In this document: positions 37,231-50,796 of the stretch, one piece after another
Position numbering within the stretch: position 1 is the first letter of the stretch
Layout: the number at the start of each line of letters is the position of its first letter
From: Octopus sinensis
Taxonomy: Eukaryota
DNA: 64,000 nt
Reading direction: 5' to 3'
Assembly: GCF_006345805.1 (NCBI RefSeq)
Contig: NW_021834487.1
Coordinates: 124,001 to 188,000 of the forward strand
Program-made: the position numbers and the translations under genes
Notes under the pieces: model-generated
Seen by the model: the letters and a program-made list of their open reading frames with translations, nothing else
Told to the model about the DNA's origin: nothing
Database searches by the model: none

Positions 37231-40200
37231 ATATTGTTATATTTCGGAATGGTCATATTGCCAGTTTAGCCATAAAACACACGCACTATATATTTGGTGT
37301 TATTTTGCTTCAGTGATATTTATTTTTTACATTAATCTTAATCTTATTTCGGCCAAAGTTCTTTCGTCACACTCCTGTGACCGCATCAGTGGTCCTTTGT
37401 TTTCTTCTCACTTACTTGTGTCTCTCCTTACTAACCGTCAGCCATTTTGTATTCTATTGTATGTCTTCATTGCGCATGCTTATATCTCTATGTGCGTCTA
37501 TGTTATTAGTGTGTGGGGGGGTGATGCCTGTAATATTTGTATCTTCTGGTTATATACATTCTTGTAAATTGTATTTGTTTTTTGTTGTTGTTGCTTTGTT
37601 CTAATTTTGTTCATGTGTTTACATCCACCATTATTATCATTACATATGCTTGTATGTATGTATAACAACAATATTAGTAATATAAAATAAATCTAATCGA
37701 AAAAAAAAATTATATATACATACATATATATATACATAATATACATATACATATACATACATATATACACACATACATACACATATAGATATTCATTCTA
37801 TTTCTTTAATTACCTGTGTATTTATTATGTTTGCAGGATCCACTATTGTCATATGTTGTGGTGTGCGCTATTGCTCCATTCTAGTTTTCTATTCAGGCTA
37901 AAAAAATGGTGTCTCGTCCAGGATAATGTATCAACAAGGTCACAGCCAACGTTACGGCTTGACCTCACTAACGGACAAGCGGAAAGACTAAAAAGGACGC
38001 TAATGGTAAATATTAGAATAGAATATACAGAGAGCTGAGCGAACAAGAGAAGCGTAAACGTATTTTTTAAAGAATTAAAAGTATCACCACACGAAAGGAG
38101 AAAACCTTAATAATGGATATAATATATGAAGAAAACAGACATGTAATACACCAATGCAATATCCATTTTAGAGGAAGTTATATGGTGGTTTGAAACAAAA
38201 CGTCAATATGAGCTCGCAAAGAAGAAAAGCAGAAGTATCCAGATACAATAAATGGAATTATTATGGAAGATGTGCTACTACCAGAAGAGTTCAATAAAGA
38301 CAATGAAGCGAACATCTATGGGGGAGTAACAACGGACCCAGATGAAATATCGATACTTCAACTACCACCAAAGTATGCAGTGTATAGTAAAGTGAATACC
38401 ATCAAATGCCTGTCCGAGATTGAAAAGTCGTTCACAAAAATACGTTGGAATTTAAATAGATACTATGACAACAACACTTGCGACAACAACAACGCGAAAA
38501 ACACTAACCGCAGCAACAACAACACAAACAATAATGACCGCAACAATAACAACCGTAGCAACAAAAGCAACACGAACCCTAACAGCGGCAACAACAACAA
38601 CAACACGAACCCTAACAGCGACAACAACAATAACAATAGAAAAAAAATGTATGCATAGACACAAAAATAGATACAAAAACAAAACACAAACAGAGAGAGA
38701 AAAATCGTATACAACAGCAACAACAACAACAATTATAGGGAGAACCGACACACAAACACACACACAGATAGCCATAGTCAAAAGACACGAATAAAAGTTG
38801 TGTCATAGGGGTCACGATGGAGAATAAAGTTGAATGCAACAGGATCCTTGGAAGGGAGTCAGCGGACTTGAAACAGATAACAATACTCATAGGAACAAAA
38901 AAAACGACCGCAACAGGGGGATTGACAGGGACCACCAGACATAAAACCCAACACTAATATAAACAACACATATACCAGAAACAGGAACAATGAATATATC
39001 ACTAGCGATGATAGTAATAATGGCAATGGTAGGAATAAAGGTAATAACAATAATAGTGGTAGTAGTAGGGTGATGGTAACAGTAGAAGTAGTAATGAGGA
39101 TAGTAGTGATAGTTGTGGTGGTAATAGGAATACTAGTAGTAGTAGTAGTGGTAATGGTGATAATAATAATAGGAAGGCTGATGTTGGAAACAGTAACGAT
39201 AATGAAGATAACCCTAGAGAGACCATTGACATGTATACCCATCCCTTGACACTCAATTCTTCAACGTATGCGACAAAACTTACTGCATGAACCGAATTTA
39301 TCCAACACATTACCCTTCAACAAAAGAGTATACATCCCAAGACGTACTAATGACCACATGGAAGCACAGTTCACTATAGCTAGGACCAAACTTAGACAGA
39401 TTTTAGGATTATACATTAAGAGACAGAGACAGAATAAGACAGATGCCCAACAACTAGGGATTAAACCTGCATGTGGCCTACAGAAGCTCATTCAGCGCAC
39501 GAGGAACGGAGAGGTGATATGCCTTCCCACGGATAAGTCCGGCAGGATGTCAATAGACAGCTTACCGAACTACATCCAGGCAATGCAACCTCATATCGCC
39601 AATACAAAAGTAACAACTGTACAGGCGCATGAGGAGAGAGAAAAGGTCCTCAATGCCCACATGATGATGTGGACAATTGTTCTGGGACCTCAGAAACGTA
39701 CTGCAAAGAATTTCCAAGCCTGGAACAATGATATCCCGGCACTGTATGGACTTCGCAAGGACCATAAAGGTTTTACTGACCCTATAGCAGGACCACCAAC
39801 AAGACCAGTCTGTGGAGCGAATATCGCTAGCAATTACAGAATCTCCTACTTCCTCTCAATGATCATAGGCCCTATAATCAGGATGTCACCTGATGTGTGT
39901 GACAGCACAGAAGATCTCCTAAGCAGGATCAGTGACTGTAACAAAACTTGTGACTTGACAGGATGTATAGTAGGTAGCATGGATGTGGTATCCCTATACC
40001 CATCGATTGACGTAGATTTTGCAGTGGGGAAGTGCGTGGAGATGATCAACGAGAGCCAGGTGGAGTTCTGTAATGTCGACACAGAAGAACTGGGCCTCCT
40101 ACTTAGACTGACATATAATAGTGAATACTTAGATAAACATAATCTTAGTAGTTTCTGCCCAGTAGATGTTTAAGAGGTAGACCGCCTACAATTACTTCTA

Positions 40201-42256
40201 TGGCTAGGAAGACACATATAGAAAGATGGCGCGGATGGACCAGAGCCATACGGAGCCCCGCAAATGTCCATCAGGTAAAGAAAATGATCGCACATGCACT
40301 AGGAGCTAGTATAAGAGTTACCCTAAAAGGCCACACATTTAAATTTAATAATAAAATATATGCCCAGGACGAGGAGGGGCAGCCATCGTGTTAGTATCGC
40401 TGGTGATGTGGCCAACCTCTTCATGGTATGGTGGGACAGAAGGCTTAAAGAATGCCTACTGCAGAAATCCATACTCGTAAACATGTACTCTCGCTATGTT
40501 GATGATATCAATATAGTAGTAAAGGCACCCCCACAAGAGAGTACTGTTGATATAGTAATAGAAACTAATACTATGGAGAGCATCCAGCAAATAGCTAACT
40601 CCATCCACCAGAGTATTAAGGTCACAATAGACTACCCCACTAAACACCCCAACCATAGACTACCAGTACTAGACACTGAACTCTGGCTAGAAATTGTGAA
40701 AAATAAAACCCAAATCCTTCATTCATACTATGCAAAACCTATGGCCTCAAAATACCTGATCTACCGGAACTCAGCCATTGCGGGCAATGCCAAATTCAAT
40801 ATTTTGATGGCAGACCTCGTCAGAATAATGAGAAATGTGTCACGCATGTGCGAGCCTACAGAATTAAAGAGACACATACAGTATTTCATTCACCGCATGC
40901 AGTTCTCAGGTTACAGCCATAAAGAAAGGATCAGAGTATACAAAGGAGCCATGAAGAAATTTGATAATATATTATGTAATGATAGGAATGGGATTTGCCC
41001 ACTCTATAGGAACAAGTCTTGGAACACTATAGAAAGGACAAAAAAGAAAATAGGGAAGGCCAACTCTTGGTATGATAGCCATAAATACCAGAGTGTCATG
41101 TTCGTTGACACCACCCCTGGAGGTGAACTAGCGTACCGCTTTAGAAGGACCCTAGATAAACTAAACTAAGAATTAAGGTTGTTGAAAAGCCAGGCAACCC
41201 TATCAGATCTATAATTGGTAGAAGCTACCTTTTAGTAGAACTCTCTGTACGGATAACTATTGCACTGTATGTAGATTTAGCCCACAAACGAACTGTAAAG
41301 CCAGAAATGTGGTCTATAGTATAAGATGTATAGAGGGACGATGCAGTAACAAGACAGTAACATACGTAGGGGAAACTGCAAGAAGCATTGGTGAGCGGGT
41401 GAATGAACATGGAGACAACTCAAGGAAGGTAAAAGCTCATCGATTCTGTACCAACACGCCGAACAAGAACACGGGGGATCAATCAATAACATAGAGATTA
41501 AGATATTGTCCACACATAGAACAGATGCAACAATTAGACAAATTACAGAAGCTACACATATAATAGAAAATAAACCTAGCCTGAATAGAAAACTAGAATG
41601 GAGCAATAGCGCACACCACAACATATGACAATAGTGGATCCTGCAAACATAATAAATACACAGGTAATTAAAGAAATAGAAATGAATATCTATATGTGTA
41701 TGTATGTGTGTATATATGTATGTATATGTATATGTATATGTATGTATATATATATATGTATATGTATATATTTTTTTTTCGATTAGATTTATTATTATTA
41801 TTACTAATATTGTTGTTATACATACATACAAGCATATGTAATGATAATAATGGGTGGATGTAAACACATGAACAAAATTAGAACAAAAGCAACAACAACA
41901 AAAACAAAATACAAATTACAAGAATGTATATAACCAGAAGATACAAATATTACAGGCATCCCCCCCCCCCACACACAAATAAACATAGACGCACATAGAG
42001 ATATAAGCATGCGCAAATGAAGACATACATAGAAATAAAAATGGCTGACGGTTAGTAAGGAGAGACACAAGTAAGTGAGAAGAAAACAAAGGACCACTGA
42101 TGCGGTCACAGAGTGTGACGAAAGAACTTTGGCCGAAATAAGATTAAGATTAATGTAAAAAATAAATATCACTGAAGCAAAATAACACCAAATATATAGT
42201 GCGTGTGTTTTTATTGGCTAAACTGGCAATATGACCATTCCGAAATATAACAATAT
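37231..42256 (+). mobile_element. Near-full-length Penelope-like element (RT plus GIY-YIG; Naiad-like features) with inverted ~670-bp termini
   Basis: 37231-37900 is the reverse complement of 41577-42256. RT motifs LYGLRKDHK, TRPVCGA, SMDVVSLYPSI, SIAGDVANLFM, YSRYVDD and LPVLD. Endonuclease region CTDNYCTVC...NVVYSIRCIEGRC...YVGETARSIGERVNEH...HAEQEH...LNRKLEW. Inserted in (TA)n. Confidence 0.92.
37907..41628 (+). pseudogene. PLE polyprotein (reverse transcriptase plus GIY-YIG endonuclease), frameshifted
   Basis: ORF pieces 38263-38658, 39268-40173, 40200-40394, 40360-41169 and 41309-41494 join into RT-EN through several small indels; final stop TGA at ~41626-41628. The start position is approximate. 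Confidence 0.8.
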
Positions 42257-42530
42257 CTGTTTCAACACACGACTTCACATAAAAAATCTTGCAACAAATA
42301 TTTAAAATATATATTATATATATATATATATATACATAGATATATATATATATATATATAATATATATATATCTATATATATATATTATATATATATACA
42401 TATATATTTATATATTATATATATATATAATATATTAAATAACGATAAGAAGTTAATTTAAAATAAATAACGAACTTATCAGGTGGTCAGCATGGAAAAA
42501 ATAACCTTCAAAGGTAATAATTATTGAAAT

Positions 42531-42773
42531 TATAAATTAGGGTGTCTACGAGATACCACCATGCTGAAAATGGCAGCCATGAACCGACTTTAAAATCACC
42601 GACAGTTTTCTTATAGCAACATGGAGAAGATGAAACTAGTAATTTTTTACTAGTGTCATCTTGTCTCCCTGTCTTTTCTCCATGTTGCTATATGAAAACT
42701 TAAGGTGATTTTAAAGTCGGTTCATGGCTGCTATTTTCAGCATGGTGGTATCTCGTAGATACCCTAATTTATA
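42531..42773. repeat. ~243-bp imperfect palindrome (fold-back element)
   Basis: Arms 42531-42628 and 42676-42773 are near reverse complements. The spacer is itself a hairpin (aagatgaaactagtaa...ttactagtgtcatctt). Confidence 0.9.
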
Positions 42774-42789
42774 TTTTATATTTATATAT

Positions 42790-43002
42790 TTGTGTGTGTT
42801 GTGTGTGTTTATCCCAACATCGTTGACAACCGATGCTGCTGTGTTCACGTCCATGCAACTTAGCGGTTCGGCAATAAGAGACCGATAGAATAAGTACTAG
42901 GCTTACAAAGAATAAGTCCTGGGGTCGATTTGCTCGACTAAAAGCGGTGCTCCAGCATGGCCACAGTCAAATGACGGAAACAAGTCAAAGGACAAAAGAG
43001 TA
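42790..43002 (+). mobile_element. SINE family A 3' half
   Basis: Matches the family A tail. Confidence 0.85.
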
Positions 43003-43289
43003 ACTCGATTACCCAACGTCCGTTTCGAGTCGATATAAAGACTATTGCCCGGTAGTTTGGGTTTTGCACTCACGATCGAAGGATCATCGTTTCGACACCC
43101 CGTCGATACGGTGCGTTGTGTTCTTGAGTAGAAAAAATATAATAATAATAACGCACAAGGAGTTCAGCATTATCAGGAAAGTTAACGCTGCAACGGACAT
43201 TTGGGAGCCAGGAGCGGGCTTGTAACCTCAGTCATTAATACACCGTGAAAATTGGCTTACGACCCTACCTTCTGAGTCCTTGGGCTCAT

Positions 43290-44002
43290 GATTGACTTAC
43301 ATCCACTTTCAAGCCGGTATTTCAAAAATTATGCGCGTTAATGACGAAAACAGCGAACGTATTAAACTAGAAAACGGTGAACTAGAGGATGTAGCCAAAT
43401 TTACGTATTTAGGTAGTAAGATAATGTTTTCAGGTGGCACCGACGAAGATATTAAGACGAGAATAAGTAAGGCAAGGATCGCTTTTCACCTGTTAAAAAG
43501 AGTATGGAGCGCAAGTGCAATTTCAATAAGGAACAAAATAAGAATTTTTAACACTAACGTAAAAGCGGTGTTATTGTATGGGGCTGAGACATGGCGAACA
43601 ACAGTTAAGTCAAATAAGCAAATACAATCATTCATCAACAGATGCTTGAGTAGTATGCTCAAAATTTTATGACCCGAACACATAAGCAATATGGAGCTAT
43701 GGCAAAGAACAAATCAAGTTTCGATTAGGGTGTAAATATTTAAGAAAAACTTGAAGTGGATTTGTAGCACAATTAGAAAAGACACACCAAATGTAGCGAA
43801 AAGTGCTTTACAGTGGAATCCGGATGGATATAGAAAGAAAGTTAGGCCTAAGATCTCGTGGCGTAGATCAACACAAAAGGAACTAAAGAAAGGGGGACAT
43901 TCATGGCAGAGTATAAGTACAGAAGCGAAAAATTATGTGACATGGAATTCAATTATAAGTGGCCTATATTCTGCGTTGGAGGGTTAAAGGCAGAAAAAAA
44001 AG
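43290..44002 (+). mobile_element. RTE-clade LINE 3' fragment
   Basis: LEDVAKFTYLGS...DIKTRISKARIAF...KIRIFNTNVKAVLLYGAETW...ALQWNPDGYRKKVRPKISWRRS; stop at 43987, followed by a short A tail. Confidence 0.9.
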
Positions 44003-44049
44003 GATATATTTCCAAGGATGTTTGGTAGCTATTTCTATCAGGCAGGTTA

Positions 44050-44360
44050 CTACATAAAGTTTATTCACCTATGTCGAGATCACGTTTGTAGGTTACAGCT
44101 TATTACCTCATAATCAATGTGCTGAAACTCATTGTAAAGTACAAGCATACCTCAATACGTTTGACTGTTCCAGCAGCTGCTGTAGAAGCATCTTCTACCT
44201 GGACAGATGTCATGCCGAGTATCACTTAGGAAGCCATTCTCCTCTCAGAAAATATAGTATCTTTCTCTGATAATTCGTTCCATGCCATTGTTGATACGTG
44301 AAGTAGACAAAGAGATAAGCCTCTAATTCTTAGCATCTGTTCTTCTCTGCTCTTTACGTT
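44050..44360 (-). mobile_element. Highly decayed CR1-like RT fragment
   Basis: Minus strand DAKN*RLISL...MERIIR...EENGFLSDTRHDICPGRRC parallels the corresponding region of the 17.3-18.8 kb LINE. Confidence 0.55.
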
Positions 44361-46564
44361 CATACAGTTTCGTCGTCACCATCGACGACGTTGTTATTCT
44401 TGTTGTTGTAGTTATTGTTGGTATTGGTGGGGGTGCGGGGTTGGTTGTAGTGGCGGTGGTGGTGGTGGTGGTGGTGGAGGTGAAGTTTATCGCTTTCAAG
44501 GAAGTTTTCGCAAAATATCTGAAGTGGTTTGACTTGACACTCTTTAAATGTTTTTACGAGAATTTGTTAGGGGAATTTACCAGGGGCTGTTGCTGAGTTC
44601 AACTTCATTTTATCTTAAGCAGATTTCTTCATTATGATCTTTATTTCTGGTTTTTTCTCCTGTTTTATTCTCATTCATTGCAGCCATTTTCCTAAATGAA
44701 GATATAAACTTGAAGTATTCTTCCGGATCATTTATTTACATGTGTACAACGAATCAAGTGGGATACATTGACTTCATAGAAATAGTAGCCCCCCCCCCCC
44801 ATCAAACGAAGAAAAACCGTAACAGCGAGTGAGCTTCACGTAGTCGGTTGACGTGCGGGAAACAACAGCAAAATTACCCTAAAAACACACGTTAGGGTTT
44901 TATATAAGGACAGCACAGTTTAAGTTAATCCTACAACACACAAGTCATCTTCGTAGTCTACGACACATCACTGTTGGATGTCAACACCGACCCGAGAGCA
45001 AATTTATCTCCAAGCTGCGATAGATGATACTGTGCATACGAACTGAAAGACAAACACCTTTGAACTCATTTGCTCAAAGATCTGATCTTTCAGGGATGAG
45101 TTGAAGTAAGATAATTAAAGAACACATTGGATAACTATATTCTGAAAATGGTGAAAACATCGCATACTTTTCATTAATAGTTTGCTCAATCAGATTTGAT
45201 CTCGATCGAATCGACAAATTCGTCTTGAAATGATTTTTTAAAATTCAGTATTTCACTTAACTTTTGACGTTTTGTCACAACTTACTCAGGCACTTGAAAC
45301 AAAGATCCTCTATTATGTAGTGTACTAAAAATTACTTGTTGCTCTATAATCATTTAAAAGTACTACAGTAACGAAAGGGGTTATTAGCCGAATAAATGTA
45401 ATTATACTGTACACAATAGAAAGCACTTTTCTTCTTGTACATTATAAGCAACGTGTGTATATACGGATTCAAGCATAGAAGTGTACTTAAGAGTAAATGG
45501 TCTTACACTAATGCTGTTCCGATTTCCTTTCTATTCTATGGCTCCTTAAACCAGATTATGTTACCATATCCTCAACTTGAGCAATGCCTCGTGAGTGATA
45601 TTTTACGATATAAATATCAGCGAAAAATGGAGACAACGACTATTGAAAAAATCAGTTAACCTCGTAGACTTTAAAACATCCGAGTTACACACTCATTCGG
45701 GTCACCGAGTGACTGAATAATTAGAATCTTTTACATGTTTGTTAGTAATTGTTTTAAGGATTTTCTCCTAAATTAGGATTTGGGGCACTGTTGCATAAAG
45801 GACAACAAAAAATTTGAAAGAAGGAACCTACAAATTCCAAAGATTCATATTGACCGAAAGGTTAATAGAGTGAATATCATAGACCAGAGGGGAACGAAGC
45901 AATAGCAAGGAAATTCATAGAGGAGCAGTTCGAAGAAATAAGAGAATAAGGGAACTTCTGAATGACAGGAAGCTCAACAGTGAAAGGGTCCGCCTGGGAA
46001 ACGAAGCTGACTCACTATTGAAAAAATTCAGTAAACGTAATACTAGGCTATCAATACAATTTAGCACCCACGCATTTGAGAGCTTGCAGCTTACGCTGTC
46101 GACATTACGTATACACACGGAACAAAACTCTATGAGATACCAAACGGAATTTGTAGGTCCAAATACATATAGGCTATACACATCAATACATACATACATA
46201 CATACAAACATTTATCCATATATACTAAACGTACATAATACTTGCACATACAGACATGCATACATACGTATGCATGTATACATAGGCGTGCTTTTAATCT
46301 AGGGAAGATCATTTGTATCCATTTGGACACCTGCGTGAAACCATAGCATTAATCTAATTATATCGTTAACTACACACGTTTACATACGCACACGCAGAAC
46401 ACAAATCCCCTTCTTTCTTGCGCACACACAGATACACAAAGGCACACACGTATGTATTCGTATGAGTGAGTGTATACATACATCTTCTCTCTCTCTCTAC
46501 ATATATATATACATCCATACAGAAGCAAACGTTTGCGTGTCGATGCACTTCCATGTGCATATCG

Positions 46565-46597
<33 letters not shown>

Positions 46598-46906
46598 TCT
46601 TGTGTGCGTCTATGTATATTTGTGCGTATATATATGTATATGTATATATGTAGGTATATATGTATATATATATGTATATATATATATATGTATGTATGGA
46701 TGGATGTATGTATATATGTATATATATATATATACATATATATTTGTATATATATATTTACATATATATACATATATATTTGTATATATATATTTACATA
46801 TATATACATATATTTATATACATATATGTATACATATATATATATGTATACATATATATATGTAACATATATATATGTATACATATATATATATATTATA
46901 TATGTT

Positions 46907-47022
<116 letters not shown>

Positions 47023-47853
47023 GCATGGGCTTTGTATATCTACGATTGTATAAGAAGACTTAGTGTGCGAATGTGAAGTGTAGAGCGATTAGAGTTGTTG
47101 AAGTTTATGATTGCTAGAATTACTCAACGAACGCTCTTCCCCATCTTGCCTGTTGTCTTGCTTCATTTTGTTTTGTTTGTTGTAATTTTATTTCTTTTCT
47201 TTTTGAAATTTTCTTGATCCCGGTTGTAATGAAGTTGCTTTGCCGCCATCTTTGTTAAAGCTAGTGTCAAGGAGAATTGAAATATTAATGGCCAGCTCTG
47301 AAGTGAATATTTACTTAATATGGGGAAGAAAATTAATAGTTCAATGGCAGGATGGTCACGAAGTAAAGGTGTGATTTGAGAGAGTTAATGACTTTCATCT
47401 AATATGTTTCAAAAGGGGTTTAGAATGATGCATTGTAAAGTTAATTTATATGTGTCTGCAGAAAGAGCCGGTTTTGGCTTCCCTTTCCAACTTTCGATTA
47501 AGTGATGAGCGTTAGAAGTAAATCTGTTTAACCGCAGAATTTAATTTACTTTTCGTATGTATCTAGTTGCGTGCTTCTATCTATATATATGTATATATCT
47601 TTCTATGTGTACATTTGTGTCTGCGTATTTGTGTGGGTTTGCATATGGTACGTATGTGTGTGTGTTGTGTGTGTGTATGCTCGCGCGCAAATGTGTGTGA
47701 TGTTTCGAATACATGTCTTCTTGGAAGATTGCAGAATGGGTAAAGAATCAGAATATACGTTATGAATATAATGGTTACGTACTCTTAGTACTCTCTCTCT
47801 CTCTCTCTTCTCTCTCACACACATATATATATATATATTTATATATATATGTA

Positions 47854-48016
47854 GGCGCAGGCGTGGCTGTGTGATAAGAAGCTTGCTTCCCAATCACGTG
47901 GTTCCGGGTTTAGTCCCACTCCGTGGCAACTTGGGCATGTTTCTTCTTCTATAGCCTCGGGCCGACCAAAAACCTTGTGAGTGAATTTGGTAGTCAGAAA
48001 CTGAAAGAAGCCAGTT

Positions 48017-48098
<82 letters not shown>

Positions 48099-48270
48099 CT
48101 TTGTGTCTGTGTTTGTCCCCCCACTACCATTGCTTCACAACCGATGTCGATGTGTTTACGTCCCCGTAGCCTAGCGGTTCGTCACAAGAGACCGATAAGT
48201 ACAAGGCTTACAAAGTATAAGTCCTGGGCGGGATGGCGATTTGGTCAACTAAAATAAAAGAATAAAAGAA
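47854..48270 (+). mobile_element. SINE family A copy
   Basis: Family A head, microsatellite core and partial tail. Confidence 0.85.
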
Positions 48271-48490
48271 TATATATATATATTCAGAGAGAGAGGGGGG
48301 AGAGATGGATGGATGGATGGATCGATCGATCGATCGATCGATGGACATGCCTAATTCTATACACTCACACGCACTCCTGTGATTATGCGCAATCGAGCAG
48401 TACAGTACATACATTTCCCTTAACATAGTCTCGCGTGGAGAAAAACCTTTCAAGAAAAATTTCTAGAGCTGTGTATATATATGACCAATC

Positions 48491-48527
<37 letters not shown>

Positions 48528-48784
48528 ATATATACGTGTGTGTGCGTGTGTGTTTGTATAGATGGATGTATATATACGTATGGCGTTTATTTTCCTCTGT
48601 CTTCCCTTCTGGATCTTTCCTTCTCCTATGTTTTCGACGAAGAGTTCCGTTCGAAACGTTTAACCCTCCTTCTTTCCTTCTTTCCTGAGCGTCCAATAAT
48701 ACTATATTTGTTCCACGTCCTCGCGTTGTTGTGTTATTTGTGCTTTCTTGTTTGGATTAACTTTATATGTATATATATATATAT

Positions 48785-48838
<54 letters not shown>

Positions 48839-49080
48839 GTACTTGTATGTTTGTGTATGTGTGTGTGTGCTCTATCTTTGTGTACATACATATATGTAAA
48901 GACATACAAACATACACTCACACATATATTTCTAAATATCTGTGCGTGCCTGTCTATAACGAAAACCAAAATGAAGAATGATAATCAACATCATTTAAGC
49001 GGAACACTTGAAAATTGCAAACGTTAACGCAATGGCATCCTTTCTGAAGTAATGTTTGTTTGTTAGAAACATATTTAAAC

Positions 49081-49190
49081 CATTACCTGAGGAGGTGCAT
49101 TTTATATTTCAGATGGATCATAATGATTACAGAACTTCTCACCAATGCATTACGAGTGTATATATGCGCCGAAACAATTGTAGGGATTTT
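49081..49190 (+). ncRNA. Hammerhead-like motif with a long stem II loop
   Basis: CUGAGGA-GGUGCAU-(63 nt)-AUGCGCC-GAAA-CAAUUG-UA^ with palindrome ACAAUUGU; stem I auuac/gggau is imperfect. Confidence 0.55.
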
Positions 49191-49320
49191 TAAATAAAGA
49201 ATTATTTGGAACTCTTGTTCGGAATATTTTTCTGTTTCTCAGATCAGTGACTGTGTATCATTTTAAAATGTACATCTTTCGAGCAAGAGTTTAATGGCGC
49301 CATTTCTAGACGAGCAGTTA

Positions 49321-49530
49321 TTCTGTGCTGATGAAATGAAATAACTCAGAAACCATTGGAACGCAGATATTGCTTTGAGCTGAGTGGGGACGCTAAACTC
49401 CCTTGTTCGAAAATATAAGAACGCAGATAGTGTGTCGTATAGTCAGCTGGAGACGATGCTTCCTGGGTCTAAATAACAGCAACAATCGTCCTAACCAGAA
49501 CTGCCACATTATGATGGCAAATAATCTCTC
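49321..49530 (+). mobile_element. Hammerhead-bearing repeat, same family as 31780-31997
   Basis: UCUGUG-CUGAUGA-aauga aauaac uca-GAAA-CCAUUGG-AA-CGCAGA at 49322-49367: stem I intact, cleavage triplet mutated. Followed by the family body. Confidence 0.6.
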
Positions 49531-49587
49531 TGTCTTTCTCTCTCTCTCTCTTTATATATGTATTTTATGTATATATATATGTGTATG

Positions 49588-49634
<47 letters not shown>

Positions 49635-50301
49635 ATTACACACACATGTATATTAGTGTCTGTGTGCCTGAGTGAATTGGTTTGACTTTTATATACAAAC
49701 AATACGAACATGTTTATACACTTATGTAGATACACAAGACAGAAAGATTTCACATATACCTACACCCAATAAATATATGTGAATGTGTGTACATGTGTAT
49801 ATACATATCTAACATATGTGAGAGTGATTGTGTATGTATATATATCCAGGTGTGAGTATATATATAGAGAGAGAGGCTCACTTCAAGTGAGTGTATATGT
49901 GTATATCCAGGCTCACTTCATATTCATATATCTTTGTCAATTTTACAGCCATTTCCCCATGCCAACTCTAACCACTAACCCCACCCCAGATACCCAAACA
50001 TCTTTACCTCCCTTACTCACATAAAATCACTTAAACTGCAAACACTTAAACACCGACCAACCAAAGAATTTGTTGTATATTGTTGTTTCTTTTTATTTCA
50101 GCATTTTTTTATCCGGTTTTATTTCTAATGCTACGAAAACTATTTTATTAATGTATTTCTGTGGCCTCTGCGTACGAGGTGTAAACCTACTTAGGCATGT
50201 GTGTGAGCGTGTCTGTGTGTTTCTCTATCAATCTGTGTCTATCTGTCAGTCTCGCGCTCTCTCCTTCTCTCTCACTTTCTCTCTCTTTTTCTCTGTGCTG
50301 A

Positions 50302-50373
<72 letters not shown>

Positions 50374-50375
<2 letters not shown>

Positions 50376-50796
50376 TCTTACTCTCTCTTTTTACTCTTTT
50401 ACTTGTTTCAGTCATTTGACTGCGGCCGTGCTGGAGCACCGCCTTTAGTCGAGCAAATCGGCCCAGGGACTTATTCTTTGTAAGCCCAGTACTTATTCTA
50501 TCGGTCTCTTTTGCCGAACCGCAAAGTGACGGGGACATAAACACACCAGCATCGGTTGTCAAGCAATGCTAGGGGGACAAACACAGACACACAAACAAAT
50601 ACACACACACATATATATATATATACATATGTACGACGGGCTTCTTTCAGTTTCCGTCTACCAAATCCACTCACAAGGCATTGGTCAGCCCGGGGCTATA
50701 GCAGAAGACACTTGCCCAAAATGCCACGCAGTGGGACTGAACCCGGAACTATGTGGTTGGTTAGCAAGCTTCTTACCACACAGCCACTCCTGCGCC
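50374..50796 (-). mobile_element. Full-length SINE family A copy
   Basis: Close reverse complement of 7483-7898. Confidence 0.92.

Noticed and set aside
41170-42060. Possible selenoprotein-type PLE (UGA at Cys positions plus a SECIS)
   Set aside because: Cys codons I read in the linker and endonuclease are TGT/TGC. The ATGA...GA candidate near 42017-42048 pairs poorly.
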